Source: an uncultured Bacilli bacterium
GTDB lineage: Bacteria; Bacillota_I; Bacilli_A; RF39; UBA660
Length of the DNA stretch: 43,868 nt
Assembly: GCA_944372025.1 (NCBI GenBank)
Contig: CALVYE010000001.1
Location: 1-43,868 of the forward strand
Direction of reading: 5' to 3'
Part shown: one piece after another, positions 43,769-43,868 of the stretch
How positions within the stretch are numbered: the stretch's first letter is position 1
How the letters are laid out: the number at the start of each line of letters is the position of its first letter
Translations under genes and position numbers: made by a program
The notes under the pieces: generated by a model
What the model was told of the DNA's origin: nothing
The model's database searches: none
The model's input: the letters and a program-made list of their open reading frames with translations, nothing else

Positions 43769-43868
43769 TATAAAAAATATTTCAATATTAATATTTTATA
43801 TAATAGTAGAATAAAAACTGAAGTGCACAGAAGTAGTGCAGTAAATATTAAAAAGAAGTATAATAACA

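Noticed and set aside
43818-43846. GC-richer imperfect hairpin (actgaagtgcac...gtgcagt) upstream of the 886-aa gene promoter
   Set aside because: Only about 5 contiguous base pairs plus a bulged extension. It may be the weak terminator of the gene beyond the window edge, but it is too weak to call.
1-43868. Scan for CRISPR arrays, tRNA/rRNA genes, transposases, integrases and restriction-modification genes
   Set aside because: I noticed no regularly spaced direct repeats, no cloverleaf-like GC-rich islands beyond the T-box and the 6S candidate, and no ORF with the corresponding catalytic motifs. Scanning by eye cannot exclude short or degenerate elements.

Overview
This is a very AT-rich, low-GC Bacillota-type chromosomal segment. 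Evidence for that: a T-box leader, EzrA, GatCAB, a SleC-like cortex lytic enzyme, and many Gram-positive SD sites of the GGAGG type. Nearly all genes lie on the minus strand in tightly packed operons, separated by clear rho-independent terminators whose hairpins often enclose the stop codon.

Most of the window is housekeeping:
- Cell wall: ddl, murF, a class B PBP, an Amidase_3 autolysin.
- tRNA/rRNA modification: tcdA, mtaB, rsmE, rsmD, queH.
- DNA metabolism: topA, nfo.
- Translation: an Asn T-box driving asnS-gatCAB-aspS, plus efp and rpmG.
- Other: prs, ezrA.

Non-housekeeping content worth a second look:
1. At 41040-43700, a monocistronic 886-aa Ser/Thr/Gly-rich exported protein. It combines a SipW/TasA-type leader, an ALK/LTK-type glycine-rich domain and a divergent FGE-sulfatase-like domain. 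It sits near an orphan type IV pilin gene (39346-39786) and a 596-aa polytopic membrane protein (37486-39276). This is my best candidate for an undescribed surface system.
2. At 87-2603, a self-contained two-gene accessory module (671 aa + 135 aa) with its own promoter and terminators and no recognisable family. The larger protein has a weak motif-level resemblance to R-S-E ADP-ribosyltransferases.
3. A structured ~175-nt RNA with its own extended -10 promoter immediately upstream of tcdA, best read as 6S RNA.
4. A MurF with a polytopic membrane N-terminus and a Ddl with an omega-loop insertion.
5. A lone Bro-N/DinD-like gene with palindromic operators in its promoter.

I saw no rRNA, tRNA, CRISPR array, transposase or integrase. 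All family assignments rest on motif recognition by eye, not on searches.
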